64,000 nt of DNA from Eledone cirrhosa (GCA_964016885.1 OZ024742.1:75144001-75208000); one strand, 5' to 3'; numbered from the stretch's first letter, positions 31,077 through 45,375 are shown. The notes: generated by a model from the sequence alone, not told the origin. Translations and numbers: made by a program.

Positions 31077-31079
<3 letters not shown>
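30308..31079. mobile_element. Foldback element with ~270-bp arms, each carrying a long-helix-II U3-A8 HHR-like motif
   Basis: 30308-30580 is the reverse complement of 30727-30999; motifs at 30336-30415 (-) and 30891-30970 (+); TA tracts on both sides. Confidence 0.75.
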
Positions 31080-31114
<35 letters not shown>

Positions 31115-31167
31115 CGTTTCTGAATTTGTTTAGCAAGATTCTTTATCTGAAAACGTGTGTTGAAACC

Positions 31168-31370
31168 TATATTGTTATACTTTGGGAGGGTCATGTTGCC
31201 AATAAGAAACACACGCACCACATAGTTTCACTCCAATTTATTATAAATTAAATTTATAAATTTAAGAATTTATAAATTACCGGTTGGTCGGTTGGTTCCA
31301 TAACCGGACGGTTGTTCATATGCGTGTGTTTCTTATTGGCAACATGACCCTCCCAAAGTATAACAATATA
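31168..31370. mobile_element. Mini foldback made of the 3' terminus of the PLE at 41480-43800
   Basis: 50-bp inverted arms (31168-31217 / 31321-31370) match 43753-43800; the interior matches 42405-42445 and 43720-43745. Confidence 0.75.
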
Positions 31371-31717
31371 TATATATATATCCAGGTGGCTGAACTTGCC
31401 TCTAGAACAATAGGGGAGTGAGTGAAGCGCCAAGGCCAACCAACCACCACCACACCACAGCCCACCTCATCCACCGACCCTCACCAACATCCCACCATCA
31501 CACCCACCCTCATATACACTACAGGCCAGTACATCGCCTTGATCCTTCCCACCAATCAAAACAACTCATTTTGTCAAACTCTTGAATCTCTGACTTTACC
31601 ACAGAGCATGTATTTCATTTTCTTATAGCATTTTAAGAGGCTCCGTCGAGCTGCGGATTATTGAGTCGGGTAGGATCGATATAGATCGAACCTTGAGCTG
31701 ATCAGTGGCGAAACGCG

Positions 31718-32217
31718 CGTACATACATATATGTATACAGACGTACAGTAGTATGTATATATATACATACATGCACACATATATATATATGTACGTATGT
31801 GTTTACCAAACATTTATTATAATGTTCGGTTTGTTTGTAAACAAACAACCCGAATTACGCCGTAAAGTGTTCGGCAACCATCGTCGCCTTTTTGTTCAAC
31901 ACTGACACAGGTACTAGGTTCAAGTTTATTAGCTATCGTCAGCATCGTATACCTTCCTGTCAGATGATTGAACGTTTGAAAGTTTATACGACGATGGTTG
32001 CCGACCACTGTACGGCGTATATCGGGCTGTTTGTTTACAAACAAAGCGAACATTATAATAAATGTTCGGTAAACCCATACGTACATATATGTGTGCATGA
32101 ATGTATATATATACATACTACTCTACGTCTGTATTCATATATGTATGTACGTATACATACTTACATTTAAGTATCAGCCGCACTAAGAGTGAGAAATGAA
32201 ATTTCGTTTCATTCTTT

Positions 32218-32218
<1 letters not shown>
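31718..32218. mobile_element. Foldback repeat (family also at 38855-39045 and 55355-56270)
   Basis: 31718-31886 is the reverse complement of ~31989-32151; shared terminus CAGCCG(C/T)ACTAAGAGTGAGAAATGAAATTTCGTTTCATT. Confidence 0.75.
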
Positions 32219-32252
<34 letters not shown>

Positions 32253-32857
32253 CACATGCATAAAACGCACACGTATATCACACACATCGACATAAATCAT
32301 ACACTCCCACGTAACACACATAGACACGCGTATTTCTTTAATACCCCGTCCATTATCACACAGACGCTTGTACATTCACCCCTAGATTCTCTTTGGTCAG
32401 AAACATACACTCTTACAACTAATACAGACCGACAAAATACGCACTTTCCACTTTTCCATTCACAGCTCTGTATACACACATACACACCCTTATATTAACA
32501 TACTTTTGCTCATAGCTTCGTACTTACAAGCACACATACCCTCTTTTACAGACATATAAACACACATATCTTCTTAGCTTCGTACGGACGTATAATAACA
32601 CACACACACACACACGCGAGCGCGCACATGCACACGCACATGTACGCGTACATGTATAGCTCTTTATACAAAACGTTTTTTTTCCATTTCAGGTAGACGC
32701 ACTCCGTCATCCACTTTTCTAAAATATATATCATACACAAAACGCCAGTATCAACAGTTTTCCAAGAGATGTCAAAATGAATGGACCTGTTATTTTTATC
32801 TAAATACATTTTTTTCAAATCCATCCCGCCCTTCAATCTATCTTATTTCTCATTCTT

Positions 32858-32893
32858 TCTTCTGATGAAGGAGTAGCGTCCGAAACGTTAAGA
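32858..32893 (+). ncRNA. Minimal hammerhead ribozyme
   Basis: TCTT-CTGATGA-A-GGA-gtagcg-TCC-GAAA-CG-TT-AAGA; palindromic AACGTT. Confidence 0.7.
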
Positions 32894-33009
32894 CCCGATT
32901 CCTGCTATTTCAAGCGTTAACGTAATATATTCCTTCCATAATACCGTACCGATTGTGTTGTTATTTCTGTTTACCTTTTACACACACACACACACACAAA
33001 CACACACAC

Positions 33010-33073
<64 letters not shown>

Positions 33074-33314
33074 ATTGATAAATACATATTGGAATATTGG
33101 ATAATGGTGTATGCATAAAACACCCAGCTGCACAATCATCATATATCATGTGTACCTATTAATAATAAAGTAAACAAATCAACAAGCACACACAATATAA
33201 AGATGAATATTTACTTAGAGAATACATAAAGTAGTGTAATAAGACTTGTACGAAATTTTTAACTTTGAATTGATTTATATTTATGGATTATATATATCTT
33301 AACATTATGGTTTA

Positions 33315-34248
33315 TCTACTTATATATATAACCAGCAATTTCTCTGTCTGTCTGTCCGACAGTGGAAACACGTGCGTAGAGAGAGAGTGAGAGTGAAAGA
33401 AAGAGACAGACTACGAGAGGGGGATAGCGGGAGGGAGAGAGGGAGAGAGAGAGTGAATAGACGCTAAAACACGTGCTACAGAAATATTACCTTCCCCTTC
33501 CTTTATAGAAACATTACCTTCCCCTCTCCACTGTTTTGGTCACTGAGGCCGGGGGAATCGCTGGTTGCTATAGAGACACCTTGCACAAGCCAGAAGTAAC
33601 CAGTTCGTGGCGGTTCTGACTTGACACCATGCGAAGAAGGTTGCCATTGAATTTGTGGTTGTTGCTGCTGATAATAAGGACCATTTGAAGAAGGTTGCTG
33701 CTGATGTGGTAATTTATTAATCAGATTGCGCAGTTCCATAACCTACGTTTGATTTGTTCAATTTTTTCTTCAATTTTTTTTTGTTGTTTTTTTTAATTTC
33801 TTATTGAAAAATTATAAATAATAAAATAAGGTTAGAAATTTAAATACAATTAAATACGATTTAATTTCCATTTCCAGCAGCCAATGTCCAGTGTTCAATT
33901 TCATGAAAACATTGGAAATAATTAAAAAAATTGAAGTTTAACTTTTGAACATTTGTTTTGACAATAAAAAAATATTTCCTTATTCACACCTAATGGTATG
34001 ATTAAAATTTCATAGGAATATTTTTTTCTAACCGCCAGTTATTTATTTTCTCCTTTTTCGTTTTAACATATATTTATTTCAAAGATTTCACCGTATAGAT
34101 AACATATATATTTATACATGCATAAAAGACACACCGAGAGACGGTGAACATGTGGTGGTGAAAACATTTCTCATCCAAATCTCAACAATATCAGTATATA
34201 CACTAGATTTGCCAGCAGAAAACCACCCACCGGGTGGTTTTCTGCTAG
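33315..34248 (+). mobile_element. Non-autonomous Helitron-like element, followed by the 5' part of a second one from 34249
   Basis: 5' TCTACTTATATATATAA...(GTCT)n; 3' palindrome AGCAGAAAACCACCC-acc-GGGTGGTTTTCTGCT ending CTAG|T; then TCTATATATGTAAAA...(GTCT)n. Confidence 0.55.
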
Positions 34249-34481
34249 TCTATATATGTAAAACAGAGAATGTCTGTCTGTCTGTCTCCCTAAAACTCGA
34301 GAACCATCCAAACGAATTTTTTCAAACTTTACACATGTAATACTTATGGTTGTATGAGTGTTTTGAGCCCAAAATATTTCAAATTTTCAATGCTTTAGGG
34401 ACCGCATTAGGCGCCGATTAGCGATCGCTCTCTTCCTTAGACTGTCTTTTTAGATAGATACATAGCTATAACGTCACGCCC

Positions 34482-34752
34482 TTATAATATCTGTTTGTAT
34501 GTCTGGCTTTCTGCATTACGACATTATGACAAATATTGTTCTCATTGCTGACGTATTATCTTCGCTATTTACCGTTAATTGCCAGGGAACGTCTTCACGA
34601 ACCAAAGTATCGTCTTCCTGTTTTGCTTCGGTTGCAACGTTTTTCGAAACATTTACTTCTGCGTTCACAGATTGATTTTTTTAGTTTCAGAAAATCCATT
34701 AAGGGTGAAAGCAGCTACTCTTTGCTTAAACTTTAATCTGTTATTTTAATAT
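34482..34752 (+). mobile_element. Third copy of the 24130 family
   Basis: Reverse complement of 24130-24400; CAGAAAA-TCC-attaag-GGT-GAAA-GCAGC-TA at 34688-34717. Confidence 0.65.
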
Positions 34753-34755
34753 ATA

Positions 34756-35340
34756 CTAGCAGAATGGCCTGGCGTTGCTCGGGATTCTAAACATAGATTG
34801 GCATGTTTATCCCTCCTTTCTGAAAGAGTACAGAGAAGTACGTAATACCTCGGCCTTGCGAGCGTCAAATAGCAGATTCCACTGACGATTCGTTTGCCCG
34901 CCTGGTTCTTTTTCTTGCAGCTTTCGCAGTATTTCGGCCGATGGAGTATCTCTTCCTTCGAGGCATGACCTAAAAGCAGGACGATATGCCACCCAAAAAA
35001 TCCCACTACTTTTGTCACAAGGCCAGCAATTACATAGTCAACGGTTCGGAAATCACATGCATCACTGACGACTTTACTCCTTACTCTACCAGTTACTCTT
35101 AGTGTACTTCGTACTTCTTTTAGGTCATGCCTCGAAGGAAGAGATACTCCATTGGTCGAAATACTGCGAAAGCGGCAAAAAAAAGAACAAGGCGGGTAAA
35201 TGAATCGTCAGTGGAATTTGCTATTCGACGGTTGCAAGGCCGAGGTATTCCATACTTCTCTGTACTGTTTGAGAAAGGAGGGATAAACATGCCAATCTAT
35301 GTTTAGAATCCCGAGCAACGTCGGGCCATTCTGCTAGTAT
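34756..35340. mobile_element. Foldback of two Helitron-like 3' ends
   Basis: 34756-34976 is the reverse complement of ~35117-35340; each arm ends in CCCG-agcaacg-(t/c)C(G/A)GG-ccattctg-CTAG|T. Confidence 0.7.
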
Positions 35341-35651
35341 TAATATGAAATCCATATTACTGATCCGCTGATCTTCAAGAATTAACTGCAAAAAAATCTC
35401 AAATCTAACAGGACTGCTTTAGTAAGGAAAGGTAATATTAGATAAAGCAATCCTAACATACTTTAAAAATGAGATGGTTGAAACTGTGGACATATCTATA
35501 AGCTAAACAAAAACGACAAGATCTAAAATATAGCGATATATATATAATGTAAGTAAAGAAAGCCGATATGTAAGGTTATTGTTTTTAAATATTCAATCAG
35601 AAGGATACAACCAATACTATATTCTTCCAGAAGGGATTTACACCTTAATTA

Positions 35652-35828
35652 TTATTCTTTTTGGTACAAGGACAGTCATTTGAAGGGTAGGGGATTAAAT
35701 CAACTCTAGAGGTTTACCGGTACTTTATTTTATCGAACCCAAATGGAGGAAAAGCAAAGCTAACTTCGGCGTGCTTTGAACGTAAAGCATGATCTCCGAC
35801 GTTCTAACGATATTGCTAATCCACCGCC
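35652..35828 (-). mobile_element. Diverged SINE
   Basis: GGTACTTTATTTTATCGAACCC...AAAGCAAAGCTAACTTCGGCG. Confidence 0.7.
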
Positions 35829-35992
35829 TCAGTTACACCTTCAATAATAATGGATTATACTAATTAATGAAGATGTTTATCTATGAGTTCAAATATAACG
35901 AGCCAACACAGGTGTGGAGTATTTTGTATTATGAAGAGTGAAGTGCATAAAAATAATTGTGTGGATTCATATGTACCGAGAAATGTAAATAT

Positions 35993-37195
35993 TTCTTCTT
36001 CTTCTTCTTCTTCTTCTTCTTCTTCTTCTTCTTCTTCTTCTTCTTCTTCTTCTTCTTCTTCTTCTTCTTCTTCTTCTTCTTCTTCTTCTTCTTTCACATA
36101 TACCTGAGAGGGTCCTGGAGTAAGAGTCCTCAAACATCCTTCCAGCAAGTCCTGTCATCAGAAGCAGCCGTCTCCAACTGATCCGGCAAGATCCCCAAGC
36201 GAGACCAGCCAAGCTCCTGAATTTTATCCAACCATTTTGCTCGGAGTCTACCCCTGGGTCTCCTGTCTGTTGGTTTTACCTGTAAAATCTGTCTAACGAT
36301 TCTTTCCTGAGATATTCTAACCACATTCTCATAGTATCGGAGCTGTTATCTCTCAATTCAGAGAAGTAGCGGCTCTACCTGGAGAGACTCTCTGTTCTCC
36401 GAGTAACGCACTCTATCGAATAATATTACTCCAAAGACCAGTCAGAGGAACAGCATTTCGGTCGCTTGTACTCGTGATCGTATTCTTTCGGTTATTACCC
36501 AACATTCATGACAGTAGCTGAAGGTTGGCAAGAATACCGAATTGAAAATAGTTTAACACCCACCTGCCTTCTGATTACTGGATGCTGAAGCTGGCGCATG
36601 ACTGCACAAGCTCCTGTAATTCTTGCACTTAATTCAGTCTCTTGCCTTCCATCACTCGTGAACAATTCCACGAGATACTTGAACTTCTCTACCTGCTTCA
36701 ATGGAACTCCATCCATACGTAGAGTGCACTGCATAGGCTCCCTTGAGAGGACGAGTCTCTCCGTTTTCGCAGCACTGATTTTCATTCCAGCCATGCAGCA
36801 CTCGGCATCAAATCTATCGAGTGCAAGTTGGAGATCACCTTCTGTCGAGTTAAGTAAGATGAAATCCGGCCAGAAATGTTGAAAGCCTTAAATAAAGACG
36901 GTACTCTCTGGTCGACTCGTGTGCTGGGTGACCTGGATCACTGGAAAGGCACCTAAGAAATAGCAATCGGGAGTGATAGTCCCAATTTTCAAAAAGGGAG
37001 ACAAGAGAGTTTGTTCCAATTACTGAGGGATCTCCTTGTTGAGCCTCCCCGCTATGTGTTTGGCAGGGAGATTGCAGGGAGAAATGCAGGGAGAAATGCT
37101 GGGATATTGTCCAGTTCAAGCTAGCTGATGATCAGTGGGGCTTTCGCCCCGGACGCAGCACAACCGACCAAATATTCACATGACGGTAGGTCTTC
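35993..37195. mobile_element. RTE-clade LINE remnant with an inverted 5' segment and (GAA)n tail
   Basis: Minus strand 36130-36850: GMKISAAKTE, QVEKFKYL, RRPRGRLRAKW. Plus strand ~36940-37050: VIVPIFKKGDKRVCSNY*GISLLSLP. (TTC)n at 35993-36092. Confidence 0.8.
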
Positions 37196-38037
37196 GAAAA
37201 ACTTTCCTCTTTCTCTTCACATCGGTCGCCGTCGAGATCTCAGGCGTACTGAGACACCGTAGTACCGAGCTCATCTGCATGATTAGAACGTTAGCAGGCC
37301 GCCCGAGGAAGGAGCTCCGCGAGGTGGGGTGGCTGCTTCAGTGGGTGTCGCTTGCCATTGTCAGCGGAACTGCTTTTACGGACTTGTTCGGGGACGCGGC
37401 CCCAACACCGCTGCACCCTTGGCTCAAATCCCATCACACTCCCATTCACCCTCTTTCGTCTGTGACTCCAGAGTCCTTACCTTTCCTCTCATTTATGGCT
37501 TTCATATTCCTTCCCTCTATCTTCCCATAGAGCCAGATCTGCTCTTCTTTACTCCTTTCCCATTTTCTCATTGCTTGATTTTCCTTTTGTCTTTCTCTCC
37601 GATAAATTATATTTTTTCATGAGAGAATTCATCTGCGGGTGGTTTCAAATTTGAATGCAGACGAAAACACAAGCACAGGTGGGGGAAAAACAAATACTCC
37701 AGTCCTACATAATCACTTGATTAGTTATATATAACCGCCAAATTTGCACAAATCCATACTACCGATGTAAAAGCATTGAAAACATACATAGAAATAAGCA
37801 TTAGATATATAGAAAAATATGGATCACAGGATTAATGTGGCGCTATCTGGAGTAATGTAGATCTTTAAAAATTCTCCAAACTTCATCATACACTATGTTT
37901 GACTGGATGATGAACATGATGGAAACGTTTGGCGTGTATCTCAGTTCGATCAAGGCAGACATTTGACTAAACTACAATCATAAACAGTAACACCAAGAGC
38001 AACTAAACCTATGCACCTAACAAACAGACAGACAGCC

Positions 38038-38140
<103 letters not shown>

Positions 38141-38854
38141 CACACACACTCACACATGCGCACACACACATGCACATCCACACACTCACGTAGATATATG
38201 TAAGTATGCAATGTATGTATATAATTAAGTATGTTAGGAAGTGTACGGTTAAATTATATAGATGTGCAAAGAACAATAGCGGAATTAAGTTTTGATATTA
38301 TATTAATCAATAATCTATTTTAAGCTGTAGAGGAAGCTAGCGGAATCTACGCAACATATCCTTGTTTGAACGATGTAAATGATCTTCATAACGAAAGTGG
38401 AAGCGGTGAGTTGCAGCGTAGCCTTTATTTCCGGTATGATCTATTCAATAAATGTCTGGATAGTTAAACAGTCGCCATCACTGAATCGAAAAAGCGGATA
38501 CGACAATGTTGATGGGAGAGGCAATAAAGAGGAAAAATGAAGTTTTTATGATATTGTTTTGGTAATTTCATCTTTTGAGAAGAGGAATTGTACATTTCAG
38601 TCAGACATCGAACATAAAATTCATAAGTTGCAGCGTAAGAGGGGTAGGGGCACAGTGATAATATTTTGAAGAGTCTCTTATCAATCTAGCTGAAAGTATT
38701 TACATTCGAGTTGTTTGTCTTGTAATCGTAAAAATAAAAGAGAATAAAGATATTTTTATGTATTTATTGTCTACAGGGCTAAGTTACAGCTGCTTGGATC
38801 GATAGAGACTCCGACCACGTCATCGGTCTGTAGCACAATATATATATATATATA

Positions 38855-39045
38855 TAACAAACCGTGCATTATAATAAATGTTCGGTAAACCGATACGTGC
38901 ATATATATATGTATGCATGTATGTATATATATACATACTACTGTACGTCTGTATACATATATGTATGTACGTATACATACATACATACTTACATTTAAGT
39001 AAGTGCCGTACTAAGAGTGAGAAATGAAATTTCGTTTCATTCTAT
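38855..39045 (+). repeat. Partial copy of the 31718/55355 family
   Basis: Matches 32040-32215; flanked by TA tracts. Confidence 0.75.
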
Positions 39046-39046
39046 T

Positions 39047-39102
<56 letters not shown>

Positions 39103-39175
39103 GTATATACATATACATATGTATATGTATACATATGCATATATATGTATATATATATATACATATATATATACT

Positions 39176-39281
<106 letters not shown>

Positions 39282-39508
39282 TAGATATATACATATAGAT
39301 ATATAGTCTCAATATATTCCGTAAACTAGATAAAGGGAAACGTTTCAAGTTAAGTAGAGAACGAAAGTATATTATCAGTTAATTCTCATCATCAGTTGCA
39401 TACTACCTCAGGTTTCAAAGTCTACTTTAGCATACGACTCAGAGGTGGGCTTCGCTGCTAGTATTACTTATATACTTTAGGTAGCATGCAACTGCGTTTG
39501 AAACTTGT

Positions 39509-39577
<69 letters not shown>

Positions 39578-39582
<5 letters not shown>

Positions 39583-41098
39583 AAATTATAAAAAATAAAC
39601 CAAAGAAGCCTTCAATACATCAAAAGTCTTTATTAGCCAACAATGTTTCGTCCTATTAAGGACTCATCAGGGCAAGTAAAGCTACAAGAAGCACTATCGG
39701 TCAATACAAGCCAAAAACTCAGAAGAATATGGAGTATACATCTATTAAAGCTTAGGAAAGATATCAAGGAAAAGTTGGCTAAGATTAAGAGTGAGCAGTT
39801 ACAAACATAGATATGGACCAAATAGCAAGGAAGTGATTAACATGTTGAACCCACATTGCAAATATTGTATAATGCAAAAACTTGAAACACAAATGGTAAT
39901 ATAATGCGAGAATTACAGTACGATATAGAATATAATATAATATAATAGATGGTGATAATAAAAAGCTTAATATATGTATATATATATATCTTTATACATA
40001 TACACATTAGTACAAATACAAACTAACACTTATTAAGTATTTAAATATATATATATATATATTGTTTACAGTATAATATAATAAAGATAAAAATAAGAAT
40101 AAAGATAAAAATAAAAATAAAATATAATATATAATTCCCTGTCAGTGTGCATAAACAATATAGAAACATTATAATAACATTATAATAACAATATTATAAT
40201 ATATTGGTATCAAAAGATATACAAAATTACATCATACATATAATTCAAGGTTAACAAATAGTATAAAGTTTTACACAGAGTAAGAAAAAATCATATAGAA
40301 CTAAATTGTGTTGAAACAATATCTATACCATTGTAACAAATACACGGAGGTCAAGTCATTTTACATTGGCATAAATATTACCAAAATATCACAAAATATT
40401 ACAAAAATATATTTACGTGGTTGACATACAGACATATATTAATGAAATTACATGGTCAGACAAACATCGTGTGGTAGTAAAAAAATAAATAAAATAAACC
40501 GAAGATCGAAAAACAAAAACAAGTATATTTACTTAGGTGTCACAAGCGGTTAAGAAAAAGAAAAAAGATAGAAATATAGACCAGAGAGTTGAGTATAATA
40601 GAAGGGGCGGATATTAAGTGTGTAGAGGAGGAGGTTCATTAGTTGAATGAGACTCCAAACAAAGTATTTAATAAGATATAAACTCATAAGGTGTTAGTAG
40701 TGAAACTATAATAATGCTTAAGAAGATAGATAGGGTATGGTAGCCAAAAGACTATGGAAACTAAAATTGAAAAGCTGTAAAAAACTAATAATAATAATGA
40801 TGATAGTAATCAAAATGAACCTAAACAAAAAAGATGAGGAAATATAGCAGCTATTGGATACGATTTAAACTACCAGAACTTTTAGGTCTATAATAGAAGA
40901 AAGAATTAGAAATGGCATGGGGACAGGAAGAAAATATCTCAGACTTTCTATTAAGCAAAACTTCCCTAGAGAAAATTATAGAGTGAGTCTCTAGGATACA
41001 GAGATTACAAAATTTAGTGTGTGTTGATAGGTTATTAGAGCGTGCTACTATACGCCAATTAAGGCTATATGGCATACCAGCCATATAGCCTTAATTGG
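39578..41098 (-). mobile_element. 5'-truncated Penelope-like element: GIY-YIG C-terminus, long 3' UTR and HHR
   Basis: WRIVARS...CNLCILETHSII...LLNRKSEIFSSCPH resembles the PLE endonuclease end at 44900-45050; HHR at 39636; ends at (TA)n. Confidence 0.75.
39636..39673 (-). ncRNA. Hammerhead ribozyme
   Basis: Reverse complement: GCC-CTGATGA-GTCC-ttaata-GGAC-GAAA-C-att-G-TT-GGC. Confidence 0.85.
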
Positions 41099-41479
41099 TC
41101 TATATTTCTATCTGAGAATGTCATTATTGTTGGTGTGTGTGTTGTTGTTATTGTTGTTTGTGTCTGTGTGTCTGTTGTTGGGATGTGTGTTGTATATGTG
41201 TGTGCGTATGTTGTTACTTTTGTTTTTGTTTTTGTTTTTGAGGCTCCAACGTAATTTTGTAAATGACTTTTCTATTTCTGACAGACAACTAATCATATTT
41301 ACCTTCTTGAATGTCGCAAATTTCGGTGGTAGAAGTAATACAGATAATTCATCAGGATCTATTGCCGTGTTGCCGTATATATTTGTGTTGTTGTTGGTGT
41401 TGAACTCATCTGTTAATGAGGTTTCGGCCATATTTATACCGTCAATTTTGTCGGGATATCTATTGGTATTCTCTACAGT

Positions 41480-41960
41480 ATCCTGATTTAGCTTACAAAT
41501 TTAGAAGGGTCCTAGATAAACATAAACTCAATATTAAGATAGTAGAAAGACCAGGTACCTCCGTAAAAACACTTATTAGCAAGACATACCCTTTTCAAAG
41601 AACCCCTGTATAGATAAGAAATGTATAACCTGTAAAATAAGCCCCCATATTAACTGTAAAACTAGAAATGTAGAGTATAGCATAAGATGTACTGAAGGAC
41701 AATGTAGAGATAAAAATATAGTGTACATAGGTGAGACAGCTCGTAGTGTAGGGGAACGGATACATGAACACTGGCGAGACCTTCAAGAGAGTAAAGAATC
41801 ATCTGTACTCTACCAACATGCTAAAATAGAACATAAGGGTAAATTAGAGGACATGGAAATAAAAATAGAATCTACACACAGAAAAGACGCAATGTTTAGA
41901 CAAATCACAGAGGCAATAAACATAAAAGAATAACAACCAAAATTAAATAGAAAATATGAG
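41480..41960 (+). pseudogene. PLE GIY-YIG endonuclease remnant
   Basis: VEYSIRC...VYIGET.RS..ER..EH; frameshift near 41605 and stop at 41931. Confidence 0.8.
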
Positions 41961-42192
41961 TGGAACAGCAACATCACAACTTACAATTAAGGACAAAATG
42001 AAAACACACACGCACATAGAACAAACAACCAACCGGTAACATGTAAATAAACAAATAAATAAACGAATATAAACACACACAGACACACGGATGTGGCGCA
42101 TGCGCAGACTGAGCACACAACACAGATACAGAAACAAAATGGCGTAGGACAGAACAAAGGAGAGGCACAAAAACAAAGAAAAGAATCCCCCA

Positions 42193-42235
42193 GTCACTGA
42201 AGAGGTCACAGAATGTGTGACGAAAGAACTTTGAC
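42193..42235 (+). ncRNA. Hammerhead ribozyme
   Basis: GTCA-CTGAAGA-G-GTCACA-gaatg-TGTGAC-GAAA-GAAC-TT-TGAC. Confidence 0.85.
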
Positions 42236-42448
42236 AATATATAAACAACTACCTGGTTGTGGAACCAACCAACCAGAAATTTATAAATTCCTAAATTTAT
42301 AAATTTATAATAATAAATTAAACACCTTTTAAACATTTTTTCAAAATATTTTTCAAATTTTTTCAAAATTTTTTATAATCTTTTCAAATTTTTTAATAAA
42401 TTTCCGGTATTTTGGTTGGTTCCACAACCGGACGGTTGTTCATATATT

Positions 42449-42491
42449 GTCAAAGTTCTTTCGTCACACATTTTGTGACCTCTTCAGTGAC
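42449..42491 (-). ncRNA. Hammerhead ribozyme, inverted copy of 42193
   Basis: Reverse complement has the same core and helices. Confidence 0.85.
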
Positions 42492-43596
42492 TGGGGATTC
42501 TTTTCTTTGTTTTTGCCACTCCTTTGTTCTGTCCTACGCCATCTTGTTTTTGTGTATGTCGTGTGCTTAGTTTGCGCATGTGTTACATCCGGGTGTCTGT
42601 GTGTGTTTTTATTTGTTTATTTATTTGTTTATTTACATGTTACTGGTTGGTTGTTTGTTCTATATGTGTGTGTTTTCATTTGGTCCTTAATTGTAAGTTG
42701 TGATGTTGCTATTCATGTTTTCTATTTAATTTTGGTTGGAGTTCATTTATGTTTATTGCCTCTGTGATTTGTCTAAACATTGCGTCTTTTCTGTGTGTAG
42801 ATTTTATTTTTATTTCTATGTTTCTAATTTGCCCTTATGTTCTATATTAGCGTGTTGGTGAAGTATTGATGATTCTTTTCTATCTTGAAGCTCTCGCCAG
42901 TGTTCATTTAACCGTTCTCCTATACTACGAGCTGTCACACCTATGTTCACTATATTGTTATCTTTACATTGTCCTTCAGTACATCTTATGTTTCTAGTTT
43001 TACAGTTAATTGTCCTTCAGTACATCTTATGTTTCTAGTTTTACAGTTAATTTGGGAGCTTAGTTTACAGATTATGCATTTCTTATCTATACAGAGAGTT
43101 CTTTGAAAAGGGTATGTATTAGTGTTTATGGAGGTACCTGGTCTTTCTACTATCTTAATATTAAGTTTAAGTTTATCTAGGGCCCTTCTAAATTTGTAAG
43201 CTAATTCACCTCTAGGGGTTGTATTGATGAACATTACACTCTGGTATTTATTGCCATCATACCATGAGTTTATTCTATTAACCTTAAAAATAAAAATAAA
43301 ATCTACACACAGAAAAGACGCAATGTTTAGACAAATCACAGAGGCAATAAACATAAATGAACTCCAACCAAAATTAAATAGAAAACATGAATGGAATAGC
43401 AAGATCACAACTTACAATTAAGGACCAAATGAAAACACACACACATAGAAAAAACAACCAACCAGTAACATGTAAATAAACAAATAAATAAACAAATAAA
43501 AAGACACACAGACACCCGGATGTAACACATGCGCAAACTAAGCACACAACACACACAAAAACAAGGAGAGGCACAAAACAAAGAAAAGAATCCCCA

Positions 43597-43639
43597 GTCA
43601 CGGAAGAGGTCACAACATGTGTGACGAAAGAAATTTGAC
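43597..43639 (+). ncRNA. Hammerhead ribozyme, mutated third copy
   Basis: GTCA-CGGAAGA-G-GTCACA...TGTGAC-GAAA-GAAA-TT-TGAC; U4 changed to G. Confidence 0.6.
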
Positions 43640-43801
43640 AATATATTAACAACCGTCCGGTTGTTGAACCAACCAAGCAACCAAATTTATGAATTTTTTG
43701 AAACAAAAAAAAAAATGTTTAATTTATAATAAATTGGAGTGAAAGCATCTGGTGCGTGCGCTTCTTATTGGCAACATGACCCTCCCAAAGTATAACAATA
43801 T

Positions 43802-45375
<1,574 letters not shown>

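Larger units (their letters stand above)
41108..43800. mobile_element. Rearranged Penelope-like element (Naiad-like by motif resemblance): alternating direct and inverted 3' copies plus an N-terminal fragment
   Basis: Plus strand 41480-41960: KIVERPGTS, CxxxxCxxC, YSIRC...YIGETARSVGERIHEH, RQITEAINI. Inverted copy ~42390-43285; third copy 43290-43800. Minus strand 41230-41430: LLLPPKFA...EIEKSFTKLRW. Confidence 0.8.

Noticed and set aside
39335-39382. Minus-strand CTGATAA...GAAACGTT hammerhead candidate
   Set aside because: No convincing helix I or II.
41590-41720. Possible selenocysteine (UGA) recoding, as reported for some Naiad PLEs
   Set aside because: All Cys positions I read here are TGT; no in-frame TGA at those sites and no SECIS recognised.
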